Source: a virus (lineage: Duplodnaviria; Caudoviricetes). Taken from it: a stretch of DNA of 55,619 nucleotides. The translations under genes and the position numbers were made by a program. Shown here piece by piece: positions 44,573 through 53,392 of this stretch. Below the pieces are notes generated by a model. The model was not told the origin of the DNA. It was given only the letters and a program-made list of their open reading frames with translations, and searched no databases. The stretch's first letter is position 1, and the number at the start of each line of letters is the position of its first letter. The stretch spans positions 1 to 55,619 of IMG/VR virus record IMGVR_UViG_3300042305_001248; one strand, given 5' to 3'.

Positions 44573-45544
44573 TCAGACGAGCGGAACGACGCTCGTGACC
44601 CAGGGCAGAGCCACGCCCGCGACGCCCGCGAGCGTCCCGTAGGGAGTGATCTTCGGCGCGGCCGACGAGAGGTTGAACGTGTCCTGCGCGTTCTGCGCGG
44701 TCGCGAACCAGAGCGCCTCGGTCGAGTAGCCCTTCGGGTGAACGCTCGCGAGACCGAAGGCCGACGACCACATCGGGACCTTGCCCGTGTAGGGGTCGAG
44801 CGCCGCAGTACCGGGCGGCAGGACGTTGGTGTTGGACCCGCTGCTGTTGTTGTAGATCCAGCCGAGCGAGCCCCCGGTGCGGTACGTCGCGCCGCCGAGG
44901 CCGTAAGCCTCCCACCACTGCGTCGTGCCCGTGGGGCCGTAGAGGCTGTCCCGGTAGCGCACGCTCGGATCCTGATCCGTCGCCGCCGTCGAGCCGGGCG
45001 ATACCGCCTCGGTGCCGATCAGCCGAGGCGTCGCGCCGCCCGCGAGGTATCCGTACCACCACCAGCCGTAGACGCCGTTGACCGCGACGTCGCTCGCGAC
45101 GGCGTGGTAGTAGCCCGTCGCAGCGCCCGGGAGCCACGTTGTCTGCACCGGAGCCGCGTCGGTGCCCGTGCCGATCCAGACGACGCCGTCGCCGCCCGTC
45201 GTCGGCGCGACCGTCGCGGTGCCGCCCGTGCCGAAGCCCGTCGCTCGGCTGTACTTGATGATGACGTTGACCGAGCTGTCCGCGTTGCCGTTCTGGAGGA
45301 TGTACTCCCGGGAGCCCGCTCCTCCCGGCTCTCGGATGCGGACCCAGGCGCTCGCCCGAGCGAAACTGCCGATCGCAGTCCCGGTCCCGGTCGTGATCAG
45401 GTCGCTCGCCGAGGTCGTTCCGCTCGTGCCCGTCCCGCTCGCGAGGACGCTCCAGCCCGCGAGCTTGAGGGTCTCCTTGATCGTGAACAAAGCGAGGCCG
45501 CTCGTGTTGCTCGCGGGGACGTTCGTGGTTCCGACGTAGGCCAT
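44573..45544 (-). CDS. Gly/Thr-rich virion structural protein (fibre-associated)
   Basis: 323 aa; L...GW.V.AS motif; follows the giant fibre gene. Confidence 0.65.
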   Translation of the reverse strand: MAYVGTTNVPASNTSGLALFTIKETLKLAGWSVLASGTGTSGTTSASDLITTGTGTAIGSFARASAWVRIREPGGAGSREYILQNGNADSSVNVIIKYSRATGFGTGGTATVAPTTGGDGVVWIGTGTDAAPVQTTWLPGAATGYYHAVASDVAVNGVYGWWWYGYLAGGATPRLIGTEAVSPGSTAATDQDPSVRYRDSLYGPTGTTQWWEAYGLGGATYRTGGSLGWIYNNSSGSNTNVLPPGTAALDPYTGKVPMWSSAFGLASVHPKGYSTEALWFATAQNAQDTFNLSSAAPKITPYGTLAGVAGVALPWVTSVVPLV

Positions 45545-45557
45545 GGAGAGACTCCGA

Positions 45558-48500
45558 TCAGACGAGGTAGAGGCCGCGGGCGAACGCCGTTCCGGACGCG
45601 CCAGGGGTCAGCACGATGTCGTACCAGCCCGCGACGAGCGAGCCGCCGCTCGTCAGGGCTTGGCTCCCGAGGAGGCCCGTTCGCGTCCAGGTCGCCGCAG
45701 CGGGGCCTCCTCCCGAGGGCACGAGCGTAAGCGAGGAGGTGTCGGTGATGAGCGAGCCGCCGAAGAAGCCGAGGCTCCCTGCGGTCAGCGTGCGCGCCTG
45801 CGGGACGTAGACGCTCCCGATGGTCGCAGGGGTCGAGAGGGTTGCCGTGCCGTCGAGCGCGACGTTCGAGGCGACGATCGTCAGGCTCGTCAGGGTCGCG
45901 CCGCCCGCGAGCGTCGAGCCGCCCTGGGGCTGCGAGTCGAGGCTCAGATTGACCGCCGCCGCAGCCGAGGCGTTGAGGCTGCCTCCGATGGTCGAGGAGG
46001 TCGCCGAGAGGCTCCCGCCGCTGACCGCGACGTTGCCGGTGACGCTCGTGTTCGAGAGCGCCGTCGTGCTGTTGGTCGAGGAGATCGAGAGGAACGAGGA
46101 CGCCGTCGCCGAGAAGCTCGTCGTGTTGTTGATCGTGGTCGAGCTGCTCGCCCGGGAGTAGTCGTAGACGACGCTGTTCGTCGGCCCGCCGTTGATCGTC
46201 GTCGCGCCGCCGAAGGTCGTATTCGTCGTGACGAAGGCCGTATTCGTCCCGTTGTTGTTGACCGTCGTCGCCGAGGTGACGAAGACCCTCGTGAGGTTCA
46301 CCGTCGCGCCGGGGCCTGCGGGCCTCGTCCCGGTCGTCGCGATCGTCGGCGTCGTCAGGGAGACGTTCTCCAGCGCCGTGCCCTCGCTCATCGTCACCCC
46401 TGCGGGAGCGACGATCGTTGTCTCGGGCGAGCCGACCACCGAGCGGTCCAGCGGGATCGCGAGCGGAGCTGCCTCGGTGAAGGTGCCCGGACCGACGCTC
46501 ACGACGGTCCCTGCTCCTGCCACCGCGAGCGCAGCCGAGATCGAGGCGAAGGGTGCGAGGATCGAGCCCGTCCCGGTGACGTCCGAGCCTCCCTGCGCCA
46601 CGTGGAAGGTCCCGTTCGGCGACGCGCTGACCGCGACCGAGACCGAGCCTGCGCCGTTCGCGATCGCGATGTTCGCGCCTGCCGTCAGCGTTGCGGGCGT
46701 GAAGCTGGTTCCGTTGCCGATCGGGATCTGCCCGTTGCTCGGAGCGGCCGCGAGGAGGCCCGTTGCCGCGACCTTGTCGAGCGCCGACTGCACCGTCACC
46801 GGGTCGGGGTCGAGCCAGTTAGCGCCCGTCGTCGGCGTGTACGCGAGGCTCCTGGCCTCGTCTTGGAAGTCGAACGCGACGAGCGCCGTGACCGTGTACG
46901 TGGTGCCCGCTGCCGGATTCGTTCCCCAGGCGGGAGAGACCGTGATCGCCGTCGCCGTGTTCGAGGAGATCGTTCTGCTCTGCCCCGAGCCCGTGCCGCC
47001 CGTGAGCGTGAGCGTGCCTCCGGCCCAGCGGTTCGTCGTCCAGGCCGCAGCCGAGTCCGTGAGCGTGGTCGCTCCGCCCGCCGTAGCCGTCCCCGAGGCG
47101 GTCGGGACGTTCAGCGTCCGAGCGGTCAGCACGCCCGTCGTCGAGCTGCGAGAGAAGGCGAGCGTCGTGTAGCTCGTGCTGTCGATCTTGTATCGCGTCC
47201 CGCTCAGAGCCGAGCCGAGCTGGTACTGCGAGGCCGGGATCCCCGTCCCCGAGTAGGTCCGGAACTGATTGACCACCGAGCCCAGGTAGGAGGAGGAGAT
47301 CGAGCCCGTAACGCCGCCGTTGTCGACGGTCCCGAGCATCGTCTGATCCAGGTCGTAGACGCGGCAGCCGTCCAGCTCTCCGAGCGTGACGCGAGGACCG
47401 ACCGACGCGCCGAGGGTCGTGTTGTGGACCTTCGCGGTGAGCGTGCCCTCGGCGACCTTGTTCGCGACGCCGACGAGCGAGTAGACGCTCGACGCCGCGA
47501 CCGGCGTGGTCCCCCAGGCCGCAGAGACCGTCAGCGCCGTCGCGGTGTTCGAGAGGACCGTGCGCGTCTGGCTCGCTCCCGTCCCCGCGGTGATCACGAC
47601 CGTCGCGCCTGCGTACTCGTTGACCGTCCACGCCTTCGTCGTGTCCTGCAACGTCGTGCTCGACTGCGCTCCCGTCGCAACGCCCGTGCCCTTGTTCCAG
47701 AGCGTGGGGTTAGCTGCGTAGGCGTAAGGGACCGCGCCGAAGTAGCTCCGCGACGAGATGGCCGACTCGCCGATCGTGCAGGAGTCGACCTCCAGGACCG
47801 ATGTGCAGAGGCCCCGCGTCGGCGTCGAGACGTAGCTGGTCGAATAGACCATGCCGCCGACGAGGTACGCCTTGTTCGCGTAGAAGTTGAACTGCCCGTA
47901 GTTGTTCTCCCAGGCGGTCCCCGAGGAGATCGTCCCGGGGACGGTGGGCTCGTCGAAGAGGAGCATCGACAGGCCCGTGACGACGAACGGATCGGCCGTC
48001 GTGTCGGCCTCTACTCCTCCGCCGCTGCTCCCGGTGATCTCGAACGTCGCGAGCGTGCCTGCTCCCGTGTAGGGCGCAGGGAAGCTCGCCTTGATCGACT
48101 CCATGTTCGCAGCCGGGAAGTCGGCGCGCAGAGCGCGCATCGTCACCGAGCCGAGGATCTGCACGCCGTTGCCGACGAGCTGCACGCGGCCTCGCCGGAA
48201 GCCGAGGACGACGTTCTCGCTGTAGCGCCCTGGGGCAAGCTGGAAAACGAGCTTCTCGGTGACGAACTGCCCGACCTGCGCGTTGTAGACCGTATTCGTG
48301 GGGTTCCCGAGCGACGGGACCTGCGAATAGGCGTAGTTGATCGTGCGGTAGGGAGCGCCGAGCGTGCCGCCACCGGGAGCGTCCAGCCCGTTCGTGGGGT
48401 CCACGTAGACCGTGAGCGAGCCCGCGAAGACTGCGCCGCCTCCGCCCGTCGCGTCGATCGTGATCGACCCAGCGCCGTTGGTGATCGAGACGCCAGAGCC

Positions 48501-49973
48501 AGCGGTGAGGGTCGCCTGCGCGTAGCCGGTGCCGTTGCCGATGAGGAGCTGACCGTTGCTCGGCGCAGTCGCGAGACCCGTTCCGCCGTTGCCTACCGGG
48601 AGCGTGCCGCTGATCTCGGTCGCGCCTGCGGTCAGGTCGACCGGGCTCGCGGGGCTCTGCACCACGCCGTTGATCACGTGGACGAGACCCGTCCCCGCGA
48701 TGCTCGGGAGCGTCGTGTGGAGGTGCGAGGGGCGGGCGTCGCCGAAGTCGAGCGTGATCGTGTGGTTGTTCGCCGTCGCCGTCGCCTCGATCGCGATGTA
48801 GATCCGATCGGTCGCGAGGATCGTCGTCTGCGGGAGCAGCGCGGACGCGATGTACTGGATCGGCTGCGAGGGGTCGTAGAGCGGAGCCGTCGAGCTGGTC
48901 GCGAGGAGCGTCGAGGTCGCGCCGTCCCACGTATAGATGCGGAGGCGGAATCGGACGACGTTCTCCGTCGCGCTCGGTCCGCTTGCGCTCGCCCAGACGT
49001 TGCAGTCCCAGAGCCCCGCGGGGATCGTCGTCAGGCCCGGAGCGCCCAGGTCGGTGACGAAGCCTGCGACGAGCGCGAACGTCGTCCCGTCGCTCGGCAG
49101 GATCGCAGAGGTGACGCTGGAGAGCGGAGTCTCGGCGACGAGGCCCAGCTCCTTCGTGCCAGCGACGGGAAGAGGCGCGTCGCCGCTCGTCCCGTTGTTG
49201 AAGAAGTAGATCTGACCGCCTCCGCCGCTGCCGCCCGACGCGGGAGCGCCCGGTACCCATGCGGAGCCGTTCCAGGTCAGCACCTGCCCGTCGCTCGGGA
49301 GGACCGAAGAAACCGGGTTGCCCTGGAGCGCAGACACGGTCGCCGCCTGCGATCCCGAGCCGGGGCCCGCGAGGACGTCTCCGGTCAGCTCCGTGATCCC
49401 GGTATCGGCCGGGAGCGTCGTCGGCGTCCACCACGTTCCGTCGTAGCCGAGCACCTGTCCGGGCGTCGGCGGGGTCGCGTCGACCGGGATCCCCTCGATG
49501 CCTGCGACGATCGCGTTCTGGAGCCCCGTCCCGGGCCCGGCGATGACGTCGCCTCCCAGCTCCGTGATCCCGGTGACAGCGGGCGCAGAGCCCGTCCAGG
49601 AGGCGCCGTTCCAGGTCAGGACGTCGCCTGCGGAGCTGCCCGCCGACAGAGAGATGTCGGGCGTCGCTCCTCCAGAGGAAGCGAGAGGGGCGCTCGCCGT
49701 GACGCTTGTGACGCCTCCGCCGCTGCCTCCGATTGCTCCCGCCGCGAGGAGTAGCGCCGTCAGGTCGCCGGAGTTGTCGGGGACCGCGGGGCGGCTCCCT
49801 CGCGCAGCGAGGAACGCGAGGCGCGATGCCTCCATCGTCGCGGGGTTGTAAAGGACCGCTGCGAGGCCTGCCGACTGGAGCTGCGCGATGTTGATCGAGG
49901 TCGAGTCGAGGAGCGATCCTGCGCTCGCCGAGACAGAACCGGCGACGAAGTCTTCGAGGACGAGGAAGATCAC
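45558..49973 (-). CDS. Giant 1471-aa modular fibre/adhesin protein
   Basis: G/T/S/A-rich; duplicated fibre repeats; two beta-helix cap motifs. Confidence 0.8.
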   Translation of the reverse strand: MIFLVLEDFVAGSVSASAGSLLDSTSINIAQLQSAGLAAVLYNPATMEASRLAFLAARGSRPAVPDNSGDLTALLLAAGAIGGSGGGVTSVTASAPLASSGGATPDISLSAGSSAGDVLTWNGASWTGSAPAVTGITELGGDVIAGPGTGLQNAIVAGIEGIPVDATPPTPGQVLGYDGTWWTPTTLPADTGITELTGDVLAGPGSGSQAATVSALQGNPVSSVLPSDGQVLTWNGSAWVPGAPASGGSGGGGQIYFFNNGTSGDAPLPVAGTKELGLVAETPLSSVTSAILPSDGTTFALVAGFVTDLGAPGLTTIPAGLWDCNVWASASGPSATENVVRFRLRIYTWDGATSTLLATSSTAPLYDPSQPIQYIASALLPQTTILATDRIYIAIEATATANNHTITLDFGDARPSHLHTTLPSIAGTGLVHVINGVVQSPASPVDLTAGATEISGTLPVGNGGTGLATAPSNGQLLIGNGTGYAQATLTAGSGVSITNGAGSITIDATGGGGAVFAGSLTVYVDPTNGLDAPGGGTLGAPYRTINYAYSQVPSLGNPTNTVYNAQVGQFVTEKLVFQLAPGRYSENVVLGFRRGRVQLVGNGVQILGSVTMRALRADFPAANMESIKASFPAPYTGAGTLATFEITGSSGGGVEADTTADPFVVTGLSMLLFDEPTVPGTISSGTAWENNYGQFNFYANKAYLVGGMVYSTSYVSTPTRGLCTSVLEVDSCTIGESAISSRSYFGAVPYAYAANPTLWNKGTGVATGAQSSTTLQDTTKAWTVNEYAGATVVITAGTGASQTRTVLSNTATALTVSAAWGTTPVAASSVYSLVGVANKVAEGTLTAKVHNTTLGASVGPRVTLGELDGCRVYDLDQTMLGTVDNGGVTGSISSSYLGSVVNQFRTYSGTGIPASQYQLGSALSGTRYKIDSTSYTTLAFSRSSTTGVLTARTLNVPTASGTATAGGATTLTDSAAAWTTNRWAGGTLTLTGGTGSGQSRTISSNTATAITVSPAWGTNPAAGTTYTVTALVAFDFQDEARSLAYTPTTGANWLDPDPVTVQSALDKVAATGLLAAAPSNGQIPIGNGTSFTPATLTAGANIAIANGAGSVSVAVSASPNGTFHVAQGGSDVTGTGSILAPFASISAALAVAGAGTVVSVGPGTFTEAAPLAIPLDRSVVGSPETTIVAPAGVTMSEGTALENVSLTTPTIATTGTRPAGPGATVNLTRVFVTSATTVNNNGTNTAFVTTNTTFGGATTINGGPTNSVVYDYSRASSSTTINNTTSFSATASSFLSISSTNSTTALSNTSVTGNVAVSGGSLSATSSTIGGSLNASAAAAVNLSLDSQPQGGSTLAGGATLTSLTIVASNVALDGTATLSTPATIGSVYVPQARTLTAGSLGFFGGSLITDTSSLTLVPSGGGPAAATWTRTGLLGSQALTSGGSLVAGWYDIVLTPGASGTAFARGLYLV

Positions 49974-49975
49974 GA

Positions 49976-50386
49976 TCAGCCTCCCGACCCGCGGACGATC
50001 CGCGTCTGCGTGAGCGTGTCAGCGGTGACGCGCAGGTAGAGCGTACCGAGAGCGAGCGGGACGTTGCTCGCGAGCCCGTACAGCTCGCCGCCCGTGAGCG
50101 TGATCGCGCTCTCCAGGAGGTAGAAGCGCCGCTCGGAGAGGCCCGCCGTCGGATCGTCCGCTCCGGGGTCGACGTCGCTCCCGTCGTCGAGGACCCAGGC
50201 GTCGAGCGTCACCGTCTCCGCCGCGGGCGCGTCGAGGACGAGCCACGCAGGGACGACGGTCGGCTGGCTCGCCGGGTACTGCCGACCGAAGCGAGCGAGG
50301 AGCGCGTCGGGGACGAGCCCCGGAGACGCAGCGGGATCGGGGCCCACGATCGCGGGCTCGACGGTAGCGGACGCGGGAAAGAGCAT
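49976..50386 (-). CDS. Hypothetical beta-rich protein (136 aa)
   Basis: First gene of the fibre cassette; leaderless-type promoter. Confidence 0.65.
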   Translation of the reverse strand: MLFPASATVEPAIVGPDPAASPGLVPDALLARFGRQYPASQPTVVPAWLVLDAPAAETVTLDAWVLDDGSDVDPGADDPTAGLSERRFYLLESAITLTGGELYGLASNVPLALGTLYLRVTADTLTQTRIVRGSGG

Positions 50387-50428
50387 GGCCGCGAGGGTAG
50401 CACCGGGAAGTGGGTCGAGGCTACGGGC

Positions 50429-51901
50429 TCACCGCGCCTGGAGGTTGTGCTGCCCGAAGACCGTCGGAGCGAAGCTCCGCGCTCCCTCGCGAGCGAACCA
50501 CGACGCCATGAGCCGATCGCCGGTATGCGCCTCGGGCGAGTAGAAGAGCATCTCGCGCATCCACTCCCGGGCCTCCTCGGGCACCTCGTCGCCCTTCGGG
50601 CCCGTCGGGACGATCCAGAGCCCTTGCCGCATCTCGATCGCGAGGCTCTCGACGCCGAAATGCTCGTCGTACTTGTTCCGGCCCGTGAAGAACGGGCGCA
50701 CGGGCAAGGCGCGGTCCGAGGCGAACTGCACGAGGAACCGCTGCGCGGCGTTGCTCTCGACGAGGATGTGGCTCTGGTAGCGGGCGTGGATGTCGAAGAG
50801 CCGCTGGAGGATCTCCGGAGCGGTCCAGCGCCCGCTCTGGATCTCCAGGACGACGCGACGACGACGACCGACGGGCTCCAGGCCGATCGTGAAGAGCACC
50901 GTCAGAGCGTCCGCCTCGCTCTCGCCGACGCCGAGGTCGACGCCCGTAAAGCAGGGCCAGACTCTCCCGTTCGTCGAGGGCGCTCGACGGTACGGGCCCC
51001 AGCCCTTGCCGCCGTCCACCATCGAGTCGAGCCACGCCTGCTGGAAGCGGCTCTGCGCGTCGGTGCGGACCGCGCAGAGGTACTTCCTCGCGAAGTTGAT
51101 CGGCGTCGTCGACTCGTAGACCGAGCGGAGGCGCTCGACGGGGAAGGCCTCGGGCCAGAGAGGGCGCCACTCGCTCTGCGGGTCCTCGGGATTCAGCACC
51201 GCCGAGTAGCGGGCGCTCGCCCAGCCTGCGCGCTTCGCGAGCCGATGCCCGAGGTCCTCCGTGCTCCAGGGCGTGTTGACGAAGTGGATGAAGCCGCCCT
51301 CTGTGAGCCGGGTCAAGATCGTCGAGTCGAACCACTCCTCCAGCTTGGCGAGCTGGTCGGCGGTCCGGGTGTTCTCGAAGTCGAGGACGTCGTCGAGGAC
51401 GACGCCGTCGAGACGCGAGCCGACGACCGGGCCTCCGACGCCTAGCGCCTGGACGCTCGGATCCTTCGCGATGGTCGGGCGGTCGACCGTGATCGCCGTC
51501 TGGTTCCAAGGGTCCTCTTCGTTCGGGCTCTGCCGAAGGTGCGGGAAGACCTCGTGGAGGCGCTCGTTCCGCTCGATGTGGGCTTTGATCGCAGCGATGA
51601 GCTTCTGCCCCTGCTGAGAGGTGTTCGAGACGAGAGCGAGCCGCAGCGTAGGGTCGCTCCCGAGGAGCCAGAGGACGCGCCCGATCGCTTGTTGGGTCTT
51701 CCCGTGCTCGACGGGAGCCCAGAGCACCGCTCGCTTGTTTGCGTCGAGGAAGGCCTGCCACTCGATGTGGTGCGCCGCGTTCCGGAGCCGCTTCCCGGTC
51801 TTCTCGTGCGCGATGACGTATTCGATGAACGCCGCAGCGGAGCGCCGGCAGCTCCGGAGGAGTAGCTCCTGCCGCGCCCTCGCCCGAGCCGCCCAGGTCA
51901 C
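50429..51901 (-). CDS. terL: Terminase large subunit
   Basis: APVEHGKT Walker A, VVLDD Walker B, NTPW..ED, GVDLG and GDRLMA nuclease motifs. Confidence 0.92.
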   Translation of the reverse strand: MTWAARARARQELLLRSCRRSAAAFIEYVIAHEKTGKRLRNAAHHIEWQAFLDANKRAVLWAPVEHGKTQQAIGRVLWLLGSDPTLRLALVSNTSQQGQKLIAAIKAHIERNERLHEVFPHLRQSPNEEDPWNQTAITVDRPTIAKDPSVQALGVGGPVVGSRLDGVVLDDVLDFENTRTADQLAKLEEWFDSTILTRLTEGGFIHFVNTPWSTEDLGHRLAKRAGWASARYSAVLNPEDPQSEWRPLWPEAFPVERLRSVYESTTPINFARKYLCAVRTDAQSRFQQAWLDSMVDGGKGWGPYRRAPSTNGRVWPCFTGVDLGVGESEADALTVLFTIGLEPVGRRRRVVLEIQSGRWTAPEILQRLFDIHARYQSHILVESNAAQRFLVQFASDRALPVRPFFTGRNKYDEHFGVESLAIEMRQGLWIVPTGPKGDEVPEEAREWMREMLFYSPEAHTGDRLMASWFAREGARSFAPTVFGQHNLQAR

Positions 51902-52338
51902 CCGACGTCCTCAGGCCAGCGACCGTGCTCGACGAAGTGCCGGAGGTCGTCCTCCGACCTCGTCGCGAAGCCGTCCTGCGGCCCTGCGTGGCGAGTGACC
52001 GTCTCGGTCTTCTGGCTCCGGACGAGCCCGATCCGATCAAGGATGGAATCGGCCGCGGCGAGGCGGATCTTCGACTCGTGCTGCCCGACGATCGCCTGCC
52101 CGAGCGAGCCGATCGCCGCATCGGCGAGGAACTCCAGACGCGCCCGAGCCCGCGCTACGCGAGCCTCCCGCAGCTCCCGGAGCTTCGCCTGCGCGTCCTC
52201 GGTCCGGAGGTAGTCGTAGACCGTCCGCTCCGCCGTCTGGAGTCGCTCCCCGATCTGCCGGTTCGAGAGCCCGTCCGCCGCGAGCTGGAGCACCGCCTCG
52301 CGCTTCGAGCTGCCCATCTTCGTCCGAGGTCCGCTCAC
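51898..52338 (-). CDS. Terminase small subunit-like HTH protein
   Basis: GLSNRQIGERL...ERTVY HTH, RLAAA.SILDR.G; coupled to terL. Confidence 0.7.
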   Translation of the reverse strand: MSGPRTKMGSSKREAVLQLAADGLSNRQIGERLQTAERTVYDYLRTEDAQAKLRELREARVARARARLEFLADAAIGSLGQAIVGQHESKIRLAAADSILDRIGLVRSQKTETVTRHAGPQDGFATRSEDDLRHFVEHGRWPEDVG

Positions 52339-53036
52339 TTCGCCGCCTCCTGCCTCGCCCGCACCGCAGGATCGACCGCGGGGAGCATCTGGACCCGCAT
52401 CATCCACGCCCGAAGGTCGCGCTCTCGAAAGCGCACCGTCCGAGGGCCGAGGCGGACGAAGGGAACCTGCCCTCGATGGACGCGCACTCGCAGGCACCCG
52501 TTCGTCACGCCGAGGAGCTTCGCCGCCTCGTCGTAGGTCATCAGAGGCTCGTCCTGGATCGTCAGTACCACCTCCCGAGCTTGTAACGCAGCGAAACGAG
52601 GCGCAACGTCGAGCCCGAGCGTTTCCCGCAAAAAAGCCCGCGCTCTCTCGCGCACCCTCGGGCGGCAATAGCTCGGGCACCTCCCGCTCGGGAACGGGAT
52701 CGTCGCCGCTCGGACCTCTCGGCCTCCGACCTCGACCAGCCGCCACCGAAAGCGCCGACGCGGGTCGAGGCCGAACGCGAGCGCGACTCTGCCCCCGCAG
52801 AGGACCAGCGGGTGCGAGCCCGCCTTCTGCGCGAGGGCTGCCGCAGCCGCACGGAGGGCCCACCGCGGCTCCGCAGCGCGCTCGACGAGGTGAGCCCCCT
52901 CCGCCAGCTCGAAGAGGGCGCTGCGGCTCTCCAGGCCCGCCAGACGGGCCAGCCTCGTTCCGCTCGCTCCCTCCCACGGTCCCGCCCAGGGAGCGCCCGG
53001 AGGAGGATGCTCGCCGACGAAGACCGGCAGCGGCAC
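52335..53036 (-). CDS. Uracil-DNA-glycosylase-like domain fused to an excisionase-type (HTH_17) domain
   Basis: VFVGEHP, GASG.RL, VLCG.., IPFPSG; C-terminal LMTYDEAAKLLGV...L...V..G.VP..RLG...RF...DL..W. Confidence 0.65.
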   Translation of the reverse strand: MPLPVFVGEHPPPGAPWAGPWEGASGTRLARLAGLESRSALFELAEGAHLVERAAEPRWALRAAAAALAQKAGSHPLVLCGGRVALAFGLDPRRRFRWRLVEVGGREVRAATIPFPSGRCPSYCRPRVRERARAFLRETLGLDVAPRFAALQAREVVLTIQDEPLMTYDEAAKLLGVTNGCLRVRVHRGQVPFVRLGPRTVRFRERDLRAWMMRVQMLPAVDPAVRARQEAAK

Positions 53037-53038
53037 GA

Positions 53039-53392
53039 CTACGCCCGCTTTCCGCCGTGCCGGTAGGGCCGCGTCCGGTTGTACTGGTGCTTCCGCTCAA
53101 TCTCGGCCTCCAGGTCGATCCCGAGCGCGTCGGCGAGGTCGAGGATGCGGATCACGGCGTCGGCCAGCTCCACGCTGAAGCCCTCGGGCTTCCCGCCCTC
53201 GCCCGTCCACGGCTCCAGGCGTCCGCGCCGGTACTCCTCCAGAGCCTCCGAGACCTCGGCGTGGACGAGGCAGAGAGCCTCGGGGATGCGGCGCACGGGA
53301 TCGACGGGCTCGCCCGAGTCGGGGTCGCTCCACCAGCCCTTCTCGACTGCGAGCGCGTGGATCTCGGCCTGCCGATCACGGAGCGAGGTCAT
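53039..53392 (-). CDS. MazG-like NTP pyrophosphohydrolase
   Basis: L.H.EVSEALE, KPEG...ELAD..IRI.D, K..YN..RPY.HGGK. Confidence 0.88.
   Translation of the reverse strand: MTSLRDRQAEIHALAVEKGWWSDPDSGEPVDPVRRIPEALCLVHAEVSEALEEYRRGRLEPWTGEGGKPEGFSVELADAVIRILDLADALGIDLEAEIERKHQYNRTRPYRHGGKRA

Noticed and set aside
45558-49973. Diversity-generating retroelement target
   Set aside because: No reverse transcriptase; internal duplications differ at all base types, not only adenines
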